The notes: generated by a model from the sequence alone, not told the origin. Shown: positions 19,301-28,600, counted from the stretch's first letter. The stretch: DNA of 64,000 nt from Candidatus Thalassarchaeaceae archaeon (GCA_029940695.1 JAPYUP010000004.1:9998-73997); one strand, 5' to 3'. A program made the numbers and translations.

Positions 19301-22120
19301 AAGGCTTGCCCACTCGTATTCGCAAATATTGCTGAGTCCGTCGCCGTCTGCGTCCTGCATGGCATCCGAAGGGTCTCTCGGATCCAAAGTCCAGTTGTTT
19401 CCTCCGGTGTAGACGTCCCCTATCCACCTCCTGTGATGAATCTCCCAACCATCAGGCATCCCATCCCCATCCGTATCTGGGTTAGTGGGGTCAGTAGGTC
19501 CATCGCTACCTCCACCAGAGCCTGAGCCTAGCCATCCACCCAAATGGACCTCCCTGGCGGATTCGCCGGTACCGGAGTCGCATACATAGGCCCCATTTAG
19601 GTAGTGACAATCGAATGTGGTCGGGTCAAGGAACCAACCCCAATACTCCTCCCCATCACTCAATCCATCGCCGTCCGAATCAGAGTGACGTGGATCTGTG
19701 CCGTTGAATCCATCCATCGTGGCTGAAATGAAGCGGAACTCATCCAAGTTGCTCCATTGCCTTGTGTAACCCTCACCGCCGTTCCAAGTAATAGAAACCC
19801 CGTCGGAGTCGGGATCCCTGGGGCTGTCGTAAGGGTCAGTTGGATCCAGCCCGTAAGCGAACTCCCACCCATCTGGCATCCCGTCCAAGTCAGAGTCGTG
19901 AGAATGAGGATTCATGGGTGCGATATTCATGTACCTGCCTGGAGAAACCCCCACGAAGAGCCATTCTTCACCCTCCTTTTCCATAATGGCCATCGAAGTT
20001 ACGAACCCGGGAATCTCAGACTGGTTGAGATACGGACCCAGAATTCCTGAAAATCCCCCTTCGAGGGACCATGTCCCATCCTTTGACCCAACTGCAACCA
20101 CTCCATCTAGTGGCAGGATTGCACGGACATCATTTGCTCCGGATACTAATCCCTCGATGTTCAGCATCCTGTCGTTATCGAACGCTTCTGTGGGTTGAGA
20201 AATTATGAGGTCCATGTTAATCCGATGCAAACCACCACTGGTTCCCATCCATACCTCGCTCTCTCCCGCAGCCCCATCGTCAATCACGAGTGTATTGACC
20301 CTAGCAGTGTTAGTGGAGTCGAAGAGATTCATATTGACGAAATACTCCGCATCCATGATATCGAATACCCACCAAGGCTGGCCCACTGTGTCTAAGCCAT
20401 CTGTGGTATTCCAACCTAGCAATCCCACATCAGTACCTACGAACAGCAACGGACTCCTCCCGGAAATCTCTGCATGTGCAGCTGTGGTCACGGTGGCATT
20501 TGCATCAGAAAGCATTGTGGATAACCCTTCGAGGAGGGTGGGTTCGAAACTCGAGGAGTTGGTTTCAAATCCATCTACTAACTTGGCCTTCCAGACACTA
20601 GAACCACCAAACAGTAGGATTTCGAGATCGTCCGAGTTGGTCTTGAGGGCGATTATCGTCGAGACGGGGCCTATTTCTTGAGTGTTCATCGAATCCATAA
20701 TTGGTAGGCCGTTCTCCATCCTGAGGGTGTGGAACCCGACATTAGTTCCCAATAAGAGGTAGTCCGAGCCACCGATAGAATAGCGACTCATCGTCAGGCC
20801 CTCGATGCCTGACTGGAACTCGAAGCCGGAGGTGGTTCCTCTGAATGGGTCGATTACGGTGATTCCATATCTAGAGCCGACTATCAGGCGGTCCCTTTGT
20901 TGGTCGGAAATCACAGAATGGACGGCGGGGTCGACGAGAGTGATTGCAGTCGAGTGGTCAAAGTTGAGAATCTGCCCCTGGTTCGATGAGACCTTGGTGC
21001 CCCTAAGTCCCGGGCTGACACCCAATGCCCCATCGAAGTCGATGGAATATTCCTCATAGTTGCTGAACGACTCCCCCCAGTGTGCTGTTGATGTAGTGAC
21101 ATCCGGGGTGACGAAGCCGTCCCTGTTGCTATCCCATCCATCTGAGTCACTGTCAAGAATAGAATCGCTGGCGTTACGGGGATCCATGCCGTGGTGGGCC
21201 TCCCAACCATCAGGAATTCCGTCGCCGGGGACTATGAGTTCGACAGCCGTGACCTCATCCCATGAGAAATAGTCAGAATCGCTGAATCTGGGGTCACTGC
21301 CCATCCAGCCGGGGATTGAGGTAGGTCTGGAGTACTGTGTCTGGCAAGCATCCTCAGATAGACTTTGGATTTGACCGTGACACCAAAGGCCATCTCGCTC
21401 CGTGACCCAATCTTGAGGCGAGCCGAAGAGGTATTCCTCAGTGTTTGTGAATCTCTCACCGATGTCAATGATGCCATCGCTGTTGAAGTCGAATCCATCT
21501 CCGCAGCCCCAACTGAAGTCAGCCTCGCAGCGATCAAAGTCCACAGTCAGATCAATAGGATCGAGGGGATCGAAGTATTGGCACTCCCATACCTTCTTCG
21601 AATTCAGTGGATCGTTTGGATTATTCGTGTAAAGGCCACCAACCGTGCACATGTAGACCTCATAGCCGTCGGGAAGGCCATCGCCGTCGGTGTCGGATAT
21701 CCTGGGATCGAGATATTCTCGCAGTCCAGACGCAGTCTCCTCTGGTGCCTTTCCGGTAAGGCTGTTCCTCTCCTCGAAGCATCTGTCGATGGTGTAGGGC
21801 CAACAGTATTCCTGCAGAGCGGTAAGGCCATCCCTGTCGTTGTCGGTGACATTGTCGGTGGCATCTGAGGGATCAAGTCCGCTGATGGTTAACTCTCCAG
21901 AAGTCGTTTCCAACCTGTAGTCGCCCCCGAAGATGACTTCATAGAGATCAGGGATGAGGTCCCCATCCTGATCAGTGACAGGGGACTCAGTGCCTTCTGC
22001 GAGGTTCGGATTGGTCGAAGATACTGGAGACTGTGGGCGGGTTTGAGAGACGAAAGCGAGGCTAGATAGAATCAGGAAGGAAATTAGTAGGGCAGTCTGC
22101 TTGCGCCGCATGTCGCTCAC
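16394..22120 (-). CDS. Giant secreted protein (1908 aa) with many thrombospondin-type-3-like Ca-binding repeats flanking a beta-propeller (Reg_prop-like) region
   Basis: Signal peptide (RRKQTALLISFLILSSLAFVSQ). At least 15 D-x-D-x-D-G-x-x-D-x-x-E modules (DTDGDGLPDGYE, DSDLDGMPDGWE, DTDGDGMPDGWE, DSDRDGMPDGWE...). Propeller-like blades GTNVGFHTL, GTDVGLLGWN, GTSGGLHRIN and GSKDGTWSL at roughly nt 19840-20925. No C-terminal TM segment. The start is GTG at 22120 or ATG at 22111. Confidence 0.85.
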   Translation of the reverse strand: MSDMRRKQTALLISFLILSSLAFVSQTRPQSPVSSTNPNLAEGTESPVTDQDGDLIPDLYEVIFGGDYRLETTSGELTISGLDPSDATDNVTDNDRDGLTALQEYCWPYTIDRCFEERNSLTGKAPEETASGLREYLDPRISDTDGDGLPDGYEVYMCTVGGLYTNNPNDPLNSKKVWECQYFDPLDPIDLTVDFDRCEADFSWGCGDGFDFNSDGIIDIGERFTNTEEYLFGSPQDWVTERDGLWCHGQIQSLSEDACQTQYSRPTSIPGWMGSDPRFSDSDYFSWDEVTAVELIVPGDGIPDGWEAHHGMDPRNASDSILDSDSDGWDSNRDGFVTPDVTTSTAHWGESFSNYEEYSIDFDGALGVSPGLRGTKVSSNQGQILNFDHSTAITLVDPAVHSVISDQQRDRLIVGSRYGITVIDPFRGTTSGFEFQSGIEGLTMSRYSIGGSDYLLLGTNVGFHTLRMENGLPIMDSMNTQEIGPVSTIIALKTNSDDLEILLFGGSSVWKAKLVDGFETNSSSFEPTLLEGLSTMLSDANATVTTAAHAEISGRSPLLFVGTDVGLLGWNTTDGLDTVGQPWWVFDIMDAEYFVNMNLFDSTNTARVNTLVIDDGAAGESEVWMGTSGGLHRINMDLIISQPTEAFDNDRMLNIEGLVSGANDVRAILPLDGVVAVGSKDGTWSLEGGFSGILGPYLNQSEIPGFVTSMAIMEKEGEEWLFVGVSPGRYMNIAPMNPHSHDSDLDGMPDGWEFAYGLDPTDPYDSPRDPDSDGVSITWNGGEGYTRQWSNLDEFRFISATMDGFNGTDPRHSDSDGDGLSDGEEYWGWFLDPTTFDCHYLNGAYVCDSGTGESAREVHLGGWLGSGSGGGSDGPTDPTNPDTDGDGMPDGWEIHHRRWIGDVYTGGNNWTLDPRDPSDAMQDADGDGLSNICEYEWASLHDRVKSSGLETHGESQESAASWFSTDPNSVDSDHDSLPDGWEARYSCHWPSENAGINPMNGSDFLNNPDGDGYDANHDGTMDLSESLVNWLEYHLKSEILLQDGTSSGNSYPGNLSTILPHESWDGLAPGSFGEYIGSYYETLSAGLPADDIGTSDPLSSDSDRDGMPDGWEVFNARWSLFEQDWTLNPVNSDDRLGDTDGDGMNNWEEYNAIDSLLSETDASISVPQFYLSEAAGALIETPWIGAESSLSFGSFVTDEQRNNTGLTADPNNPDSDGDGLLDGVELIFTMWNSTDGVWTLNPLVPNDGSYDSDGDGIRDLTELNLTANGPVNGGLSPPDAPLFWEEADQLNHLDSVNRIYRILFSKEGRAELAMEQFVEWQDGFPAKPLLASIMGITDPKEADTDRDGMSDGYEYWFTDWDLERNRWTMNPLTDTDADYDTDEDSYDCDGDGEISDSESFDNLAEYDSRWYGKRLAIGSIPNGTGIVSYGVDAVDAQMEENGLSMQAAWGQLYLQFSMKSLSSSEKMGLINAFDPDNFNKTLAGISDPTDGDSDRDGMPDGWEYCYSLYAEVLPINSFRWSLNPINPLDVNYDPDADGWLDRLIGDNPAEQGTWLDREFLAYAPDQQIANGVSALYFTNLMEFHNGTNPLDSDSDSDSLVMSPVFQDGIMIDYARDMSLSDGREIFKYGSNPLDNDTDGDMMPDYYEHYRGWNETNDNWSSFYKIEVQWQEVTPNNWKPVDLSKGYIGRPVLGWTWFTHDATDPSDAVQDADKDGEWTCSGSSCAYEPYNNFQEYYAVVNATLSSPSVVRASSLYDCSGDTVEEWWQLRETLLGTCSGSSSLSSNYLRMNKINNQDPLYALVIDDNDVDYENVNTSNDVIFVNGAWTDSFNRLAGDRYHLPNIGLGENPYGWWYLDIDGDLIADGTDPMNWDTDGDWLNDFFEIDDDLLDGIRGNSGSPIRYDDRTTS

Positions 22121-22155
22121 TCAGTGTATTTTTCCCTACTTGAGGGATTTATCAT

Positions 22156-22257
22156 GGTGATGGAGCGCCGTTCGGACATAGAGGCTTAGATTGGGGTGAT
22201 GGCTAATCACCAAGACCTTGGAAAAGCGTGTGATTGAGGCATGATTAAGGAGTGATT
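22156..22257. promoter_or_regulatory. Cluster of TGAT-core repeats in the divergent promoter region
   Basis: GGTGATGG occurs at 22156-22163 and 22195-22202. A hairpin ggtgat-ggcta-atcacc spans 22195-22211. Three (G/A)TGATT copies at 22230, 22241 and 22252 are spaced exactly 11 bp apart, just upstream of the MBL gene start. Confidence 0.35.
22160..22178 (-). promoter_or_regulatory. Conserved 19-nt upstream element, copy 1 (sense strand TGTCCGAACGGCGCTCCAT)
   Basis: 18 of 19 nt are identical to 62847-62865. It begins 40 nt upstream of the giant gene's start codon at 22120. An ATAAAT TATA-like box (22147-22152) lies between the element and the start. Confidence 0.5.
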
Positions 22258-22268
22258 CAAAGGGTACT

Positions 22269-23096
22269 GTGGACCGGGGTCGCGATAACATGAGCATCGA
22301 GATAACTCATTTGGGTTCGGGCAGCAGGGGCAATGCCACACTGTTAAGCTCTGGAGGTTCGAAGGCCTTGGTTGATTGCGGATTCAGCCTCATACAAACA
22401 GAGAAGAGGCTTGCGTCGATTGGAGTCGAACCGAAGTCAATTGACACGATTCTTGTGACGCATCACCACAAGGACCACTCGTGCTCTGCTCTCAGGGCCG
22501 CGAGGGCGTGGGACGCCAATCTCCACTGCAATCTAGAGACTGCCTTGAGAATGGGGTGGCAGCCCATGGATGACTGTAGGACCTTCGGAAATCTCGAGAG
22601 GGTAGAGTGCGTCCAAGGATTCAGTCTATTAACAGTCCCAGTTCCCCATGACGATGCCGATAACGTCGCTGTAATCGCCAGTGATGGAAAAGGTGGGCGG
22701 GCGGCCATAGTGACTGACCTCGGAGAGGCCACTGCTGAATTGGTGAATCACCTTAGTGGATGTAACCACATCTCAATAGAAGCGAATTACGATCATTCTA
22801 GGCTTGCCCGAGGGCCATATCCCGATTCCCTCAAACGAAGGATTTCGGGACGGGGTGGGCACCTTTCAAATTCTCAAACTGCCGAACTATTGGGAAACCT
22901 GTGTCACTCAGGATTGGAAAGCATCGTCCTCTGTCACCTTTCTGAGAAAAACAACGCGCCCCACTTGGCCGAGAGCGAGGTGCTGATGGCCATAAGCGAT
23001 GATTTCTCTGGTGACATCTCAGTCTCAAAACAGCGTGGACCGGAGTTCAGTCACTGGACAGGGCAAGCGGAGCCACGGAGATTCGCGGCAGCTTGA
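22269..23096 (+). CDS. MBL-fold metallo-hydrolase (COG1235, YycJ/PhnP-like)
   Basis: ILVTHHHKDHS (HxHxDH), EANYD...RGPYPDSLKRRISGRGGHLSN and VLCHLSEKNN. The start is GTG at 22269 or ATG at 22290 (MSIEITHLGSGSRGN). Confidence 0.75.
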   Translation: MDRGRDNMSIEITHLGSGSRGNATLLSSGGSKALVDCGFSLIQTEKRLASIGVEPKSIDTILVTHHHKDHSCSALRAARAWDANLHCNLETALRMGWQPMDDCRTFGNLERVECVQGFSLLTVPVPHDDADNVAVIASDGKGGRAAIVTDLGEATAELVNHLSGCNHISIEANYDHSRLARGPYPDSLKRRISGRGGHLSNSQTAELLGNLCHSGLESIVLCHLSEKNNAPHLAESEVLMAISDDFSGDISVSKQRGPEFSHWTGQAEPRRFAAA

Positions 23097-25658
23097 CTAC
23101 TTTCCCATTACCGCCCGATGCACTGAGTTCTGGACCTCCCTCATCCTATCCACAGCCCCCAGTTCCCTGAAAAGCGAGAGCGAGCGTTGGAGATATTGCA
23201 TTCGCTGTGAGCGATCGGGCTCGACCGCTCCCAGACGGGCTAGCAGCTCACCCTGTAGCATTCTGAAATCGTTCCCCTCGGCCACGGCTAGGCCGTTGAG
23301 ATAGTGCTCACCGGCCTCCTCCCCTCTACCAGCATCTACCAACACTTGTCCTAGCAGCATCTCGACCTCCACCGCGCTTCTTGGGTCATTGAGGGTGGAG
23401 AGTGTTTCCAAAGCCCCCGAGTAGTGATGGAGTGCAAGTTCGTTGTCAGAAATCTTAGCATAGAATCTACCTAGGACTGCTCTGGAGCGCGCGTGCAGGA
23501 AATCCTGATTGATGTCTTTGGTGTTTTCAAAGGCCGCAAGAGCGTGCTCCCTAGCCCTGTCTAATTCTCCCATCTCAATGAAGGCAGAAGCTAGCCTGAT
23601 TCTGGCATCATTGAGTTCGGGATCATCCTCAAGTTTCAACAGATCCTCGACATTGCTATAGACCTCGAGTGCGCGTCTGGCATCCCTCCTTCTTCTGAAG
23701 ATGTGCCCCATGTTGTTGTATGAACGCGCCGCTCCTACCGCATCGCGAATGTCTTTGTGGGTTTGGATCTGGAGGGCCTTGCGGTGAAGTTCAAGCGCGT
23801 CATCCATTGCCCCTCTTTTCACGGCAATGTCAGCTCTAGCAGAGAAGAGGCGGGCTAGTTCAGGACTGATTTTCCTCCTTCCGACATGCCTAGCAGCAGC
23901 GTCGTATTCGATCTCTGCTTCGTCCCATCTCCCCTGAATAGAGAGGATGTCTCCCTTTAGTTCCCTTATCAGTCCCCAACTCTTTGCGTCAAAGTCGTCC
24001 CTATCGAGGGTGTTCAATATTGAGAGGAGTTCCGTATGGCCGGCACTCACTAGGCTATGGCCCTCTGAAAGAAGGACTTCAGCTAGACCCTCATCGTCTC
24101 CGGTATGCCTAAGGTGATGAATAAACTCAATTCTATCGGCCGCGTTGTCGTTCTTATCCCGGTACCAACTTACGGCAGTCGAATGCAGTTCCTTCCTAAG
24201 TTCGTCGTCCATCGCACGCATCAAGAACTCCCTAACGAGGTCGTGGACGTCGTAGTTTTCGGCGTCAGACTGGCGGGCTAGGCCTTTCTCGACAAGTTCG
24301 TCGAGGAGGTCAGTACCCCCTTCTACTCGCTTGACCGCCTGTATTGGTACAGGTTCGCGAAAAACAGCAATTGCGCCGAGAAGGCGTTTTTCTGCACCAG
24401 AGAGGCGGCTGAAAATCTCCTGTTCCACGAAAGCCTCTAGAGTGGCGTGGAAGGTATCAGCAACATTACCTCTGTTGATGAGCTCGAGAATGAGGGGGTG
24501 CCCTCTGGAAAGATCATAAATATTGGAGAATTGTTCCTGATTCAATTTTGGCATCGCTGTCAAAATCTGCTTACTGGAATCCTCATCTAACCCCTGAAGA
24601 GGCATCACTAAAGTGACAATATTACCAGTACTGTCAGACTCGGGAACGACCATTCTGAATGAGCGGGAGAACATTACTAGGCCCACTTCCCTCAGATTGG
24701 AAATCCTCAAAGTGAGCTCACGAAGAATTGTGAACAGGGTCTCGTCACCCACCTTGTGGAGGTCGTCTATCACTATCAAGGAAGGAGATTCGGAGAGGCC
24801 GGATTCAATCAGGTTCACTGCCAAGGTAGGCTGAGGGACAGGAGTGGAGTCCAGATAGTCGGAGAGGTCGTTGTGACCTATCGCCGACAGCCACTCAGCA
24901 CATGCCTCGAGAAAGGCACGTGACCCCTCCCAATCCTGGCACCTGTGGTACAGGAGGTTCCTACGATGAGTGAATCTGTCCAATATTTTTGTCGATAGGG
25001 CGGTCTTCCCGATTCCCGCAATCCCAGGAAGTAGGATTGTGCCGGATTTGGCCTCGAGTAGATCCGCCATCACATCGAGTTCCTTCGTCCTTCCATAGAA
25101 TCGGCGGGTTCTTGGTAGGTCGTTGAGATAGGAAATGAGTTGTTTTTCTATGTGCTTGGATAGGTCCCTCTCAATGAGATCCGATGTGAGCCCCGAGAGG
25201 TCTATGGTGCCCGAGTCATCCATGTAGCGGAGCAGGTCGACATGGCGAAGGGGTAAGTCTGTCTCCTCCAATGCTTCAGAGAGAGAAGTTGATTCGGAGT
25301 GACCGTCAGGGTGTATAATCCTGACGAGCTGCTCGGATACCTTAGTCCACACCTCATCGGCTACATTTGCTCCATCTTCGGTTAGGAAGTATGCCTTACG
25401 CTTCCTAGAGACGCCAGTGACGTGGGCTTGACGCTCGATGAGATGACCGGACTCCTTCATTCCAGAGATTGCCCTAGGGACATTAGACCTAGCTATCGCC
25501 ACGGCATTTGCGATTCCCATCTGTGAAAGTGCGAATGGAACTTCGACCTTGTCACCGTAGTCCATATAGTCGCGAAGATGCAGAAAAATTCGCTCTTGGA
25601 CCCCTGGACGAGTTGTAGACATCGTGGCCATGGTTTCGCAGCCCACATCTCCACTCAA
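23097..25658 (-). CDS. STAND-type P-loop NTPase with an N-terminal winged-helix DNA-binding domain and C-terminal TPR repeats
   Basis: The N-terminus LSQMGIANAVAIARSNVPRAISGMKESGHLIERQ is wHTH-like. Walker A is LLPGIAGIGKTALS and Walker B is LIVIDDLHKV. The C-terminal ~300 aa are TPR-like helical repeats (ARSYNNMGHIFRRRRDARRALEVY...). The start is ambiguous (TTG 25658, ATG 25631 or ATG 25622). Confidence 0.75.
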   Translation of the reverse strand: MSGDVGCETMATMSTTRPGVQERIFLHLRDYMDYGDKVEVPFALSQMGIANAVAIARSNVPRAISGMKESGHLIERQAHVTGVSRKRKAYFLTEDGANVADEVWTKVSEQLVRIIHPDGHSESTSLSEALEETDLPLRHVDLLRYMDDSGTIDLSGLTSDLIERDLSKHIEKQLISYLNDLPRTRRFYGRTKELDVMADLLEAKSGTILLPGIAGIGKTALSTKILDRFTHRRNLLYHRCQDWEGSRAFLEACAEWLSAIGHNDLSDYLDSTPVPQPTLAVNLIESGLSESPSLIVIDDLHKVGDETLFTILRELTLRISNLREVGLVMFSRSFRMVVPESDSTGNIVTLVMPLQGLDEDSSKQILTAMPKLNQEQFSNIYDLSRGHPLILELINRGNVADTFHATLEAFVEQEIFSRLSGAEKRLLGAIAVFREPVPIQAVKRVEGGTDLLDELVEKGLARQSDAENYDVHDLVREFLMRAMDDELRKELHSTAVSWYRDKNDNAADRIEFIHHLRHTGDDEGLAEVLLSEGHSLVSAGHTELLSILNTLDRDDFDAKSWGLIRELKGDILSIQGRWDEAEIEYDAAARHVGRRKISPELARLFSARADIAVKRGAMDDALELHRKALQIQTHKDIRDAVGAARSYNNMGHIFRRRRDARRALEVYSNVEDLLKLEDDPELNDARIRLASAFIEMGELDRAREHALAAFENTKDINQDFLHARSRAVLGRFYAKISDNELALHHYSGALETLSTLNDPRSAVEVEMLLGQVLVDAGRGEEAGEHYLNGLAVAEGNDFRMLQGELLARLGAVEPDRSQRMQYLQRSLSLFRELGAVDRMREVQNSVHRAVMGK

Positions 25659-25682
25659 GAATGTTGGTAGAAGTCGGGTGGC

Positions 25683-28600
25683 TCACTTGGGGTCATGGTA
25701 ATCGGGATCTGGTGCCCATTCTTCTTTGGCGGGGTCCCACAACCACCCCGGGTGGTCCTCGTGTTGCTCTAACTGCAAACTATCATCCACGATTGCAGAT
25801 GGAGTGGAATCGGAGGATTTTGCCCAAGCATAGGGGTCGTCGGGCTCCTCCAGTTCTGCTGAGAATGCCACAGGAGATTTCTCGGACTCATCTTCCTCTT
25901 CCTCGATTTCGATGAGGAAGTAGGCTAGAGCGCCTAGCAGCACTATTACAAACACGCCTCCAAATACAATTCCGCTCCAGTTCGTTCCCTCTGATTCTGG
26001 CTGCCCCAAATGAATGCGATTTCCAAAGGATAATTCGCCGCTGTAGCTGAACTGGGGGATGACGGAGGTACCTTGGATTCTCGAGGCTGGGATGCCGAGT
26101 TCCCAAGTTCCGTCCCCCGTCACGATGGTGTTGTTGACGGATAACCCACCAATGAGGACTGAGACCTGCTTGCCCGGGAGGCCGACTCCCGAATACAACA
26201 TAATTCCGTCCACTTCGACCCAACTCTGCTCCGGAGGTTGTATTGAAAACTGAATGGGCACGACAATGAAGGAAACTGGTAGTGAATTGACCTTTGAGTT
26301 AAACGAGTCGGTTGCGATGAAAATCACATCGTTAAGCGTCCAAGAGTCCATGTCTGGGTCATAGAAGAACATATCCGCAGGGTTGTAGTGGGCTATACCA
26401 TCACCCCCTACACTAATCACGATGGCAAAGTTGTCGTCGGTGGCACCGGATGTGTCGTTGAACACAGAGATATACTGGATGTCTCCGTCAGAGTCGCTGA
26501 AGAAATCCAACAGATCGATATTGGCAGTGGTACACCTATTGGCAGAACTTGACTCAGTGTCGCAGAATAGCGTAATCTCGCTGAGCCATTCAGCTGGATC
26601 GAACACAGGCTGGTTGTTATCGGCGTCAGGGGGGTTGTCGGCAGTAATACCAACCTCTGCCCAACCGCTGAAATCCAATCCATCATATGACCTAATCCTG
26701 ATTAGGTAGTCGGAATCGTGCCGTAGTTGGGTGGTGTCCCACTCAATTTCCCATTCGCCATTAGTCGAGAATTCGTTGGTAGAGGCGTAGTGGACGGTGA
26801 TGAAGTCATTGGAGACATCCTTAACCTCCACATCCACCCTAGTTACTTCACCATCGAAGTCCCTGGCTACTCCGCTGATGATCGAACTCTCGGATACCGG
26901 AATTCGAGAGTTCGTCTGGGGCTGGTTGACACTAATGGTCGGTTGGCTGTTGGAGTTGTCTATGCTCAGTGTAAGTACCACTGGCTGGCATTCGTCGATG
27001 ATGCCGTCGCAGAAGTCGGAATCGGATGCCCAAGCGGTAAATGTGAAGGTGGCGAGCTCTCGGGGTTGGCCACTGAAATCCCATTCCCACTCCCAACTGC
27101 CATCGGCGTTAGATTGGACTGGAGTCGTGACTTGGAAATTCGGGCCCTCTATCAGGATATATATCAGTCCAATGTCCTTGTTGCACTCCGAAGGGCAACC
27201 ATAGGGATCCTGAGCCATCCCCACGAACTGCACGGAGCCTCCGTCATGCGAGGAAAACGAACTCGGAGAGGTTATGAAAATCGTAGGGGGCAGTGTGTTG
27301 AGCTTGAAGGTCTTGAAGATTATTGGGCTGTAGTCGATTCCATCGAAGGCACGGAACTCGAAAGTGTAGTCGCCCTCCCCTGCCATGCTGCTCATATCGA
27401 AGGCGTAGTACCAGGAACTGAATGGTCGATTGGTTTTAGTGACCATGCCCTCATCCAATCCACTGGTATCGACTGCAAAACCGGCATCCTCCCATGCGTT
27501 GGTGAACGGATCCTTGACCTGGATTGAGTGGACGTAGCCGCGTTGGTCCCACTGCGCTAGTTGGTTGGTAGCGTAGCTGTTCGCAAGTTGGCCATCGTGC
27601 GCGCTGCCTGTAATGTTGACGATTCTGCGATAGGAATGGCCGTTATCTTGCGTCACCGTCACCGTCGGAGCGAGGTTTTCTAGATTGACAGTTTCTTGGT
27701 AGGAGCTATCCACGAGAGTGAACTCCCCACGATGGTAACCGGAGCCGAACTTGTAGGCGGTGAATCTGTAGAGGGACATTTCTCTCGTGCCCGCTGAGTA
27801 GTTGCAGTCGGAGTCACCTGTATCTAAGGTGAGATCGCCATCGTTGTCGATGCCATCCGAACATGAGTCCTCGTACTCGTCATCTGCAAAGCCATCGGGA
27901 TTGTCACCACCCCCGAGCCCTCTGAAGTCAAGGTGGAAGTTGGATGGAAGGGAAATCCAAGGGGTGAATCCGTCGGATTCTGTTTTGATAGAATAGAGGT
28001 CGTTACCTAGAGCGTCCTCGACGATTAGCAGCGTATCGGTGACCCTCTCCCCTTTGATCAGCGTCTGGAACCTTACTAGCTCAGCCCTGCTGACCTGAAC
28101 CGCGTAGTGAGTCGGCTGGGTGGCAATCTTGACTTTGGACAGGTCGAGATTAGACAGGTTGGCGAAGGTGAACACGGTGGAGTTGTTGTCCATGTTGAGC
28201 GCGAGGGGGAAGTTGCGCGGAGTCATGTTGGCGCAGTTTGCGCAGTTCTTGACGGGAGTGGGTGATATCCGACCCTGGAAGCCGTTTGCTGGCCATGCTT
28301 CCTGATCTTGCCAGGCCAAGCGCACGGGAAATTCCCCGGAAGGGGGGCTTGGAATGTACTCGGACTGAACGGTGACGGCGCTCTTAGAGACGTTGTACGT
28401 CATTTCGGCCCCGTTCCACGTGTTCTGGGAAAAGAAGCCGAGGGTGCCAAATTGATCCGCTTCGGAGTAACCGCTGTCGAAGTTTCTCAACACGGCCCCT
28501 GTCTTGGCGACGTTGAAGACGTTCCTCTGGATGTCAAGCAGCGAGCCGACAGATCTGATGCCATCGGCAGAGCCGCCGGCGTTGACGACGTTGTCGTACA

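Noticed and set aside
19070-21868. Numerous 60-170-aa plus-strand ORFs (for example 19070-19525, 20205-20681, 21365-21868) antisense to the 1908-aa gene. Similar sets lie inside the other giants (26727-27527, 34940-35404, 56020-56457, 62093-62605).
   Set aside because: Each lies entirely within a much longer ORF that has clear domain content on the opposite strand. Their products are low-complexity (S/P/R-rich) shadows typical of repeat-rich, moderately GC-rich coding DNA.
22154-22189. 11-codon plus-strand micro-ORF MVMERRSDIEA, and the related MERRSD... ORF at 62847-62942, as genuine peptide genes.
   Set aside because: The second copy runs antisense through the 3' end of a supported gene, and the peptides diverge right after MERRSD. 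A DNA-level regulatory element is the more economical reading. The possibility is noted under the 19-nt motif finding rather than called as a CDS.
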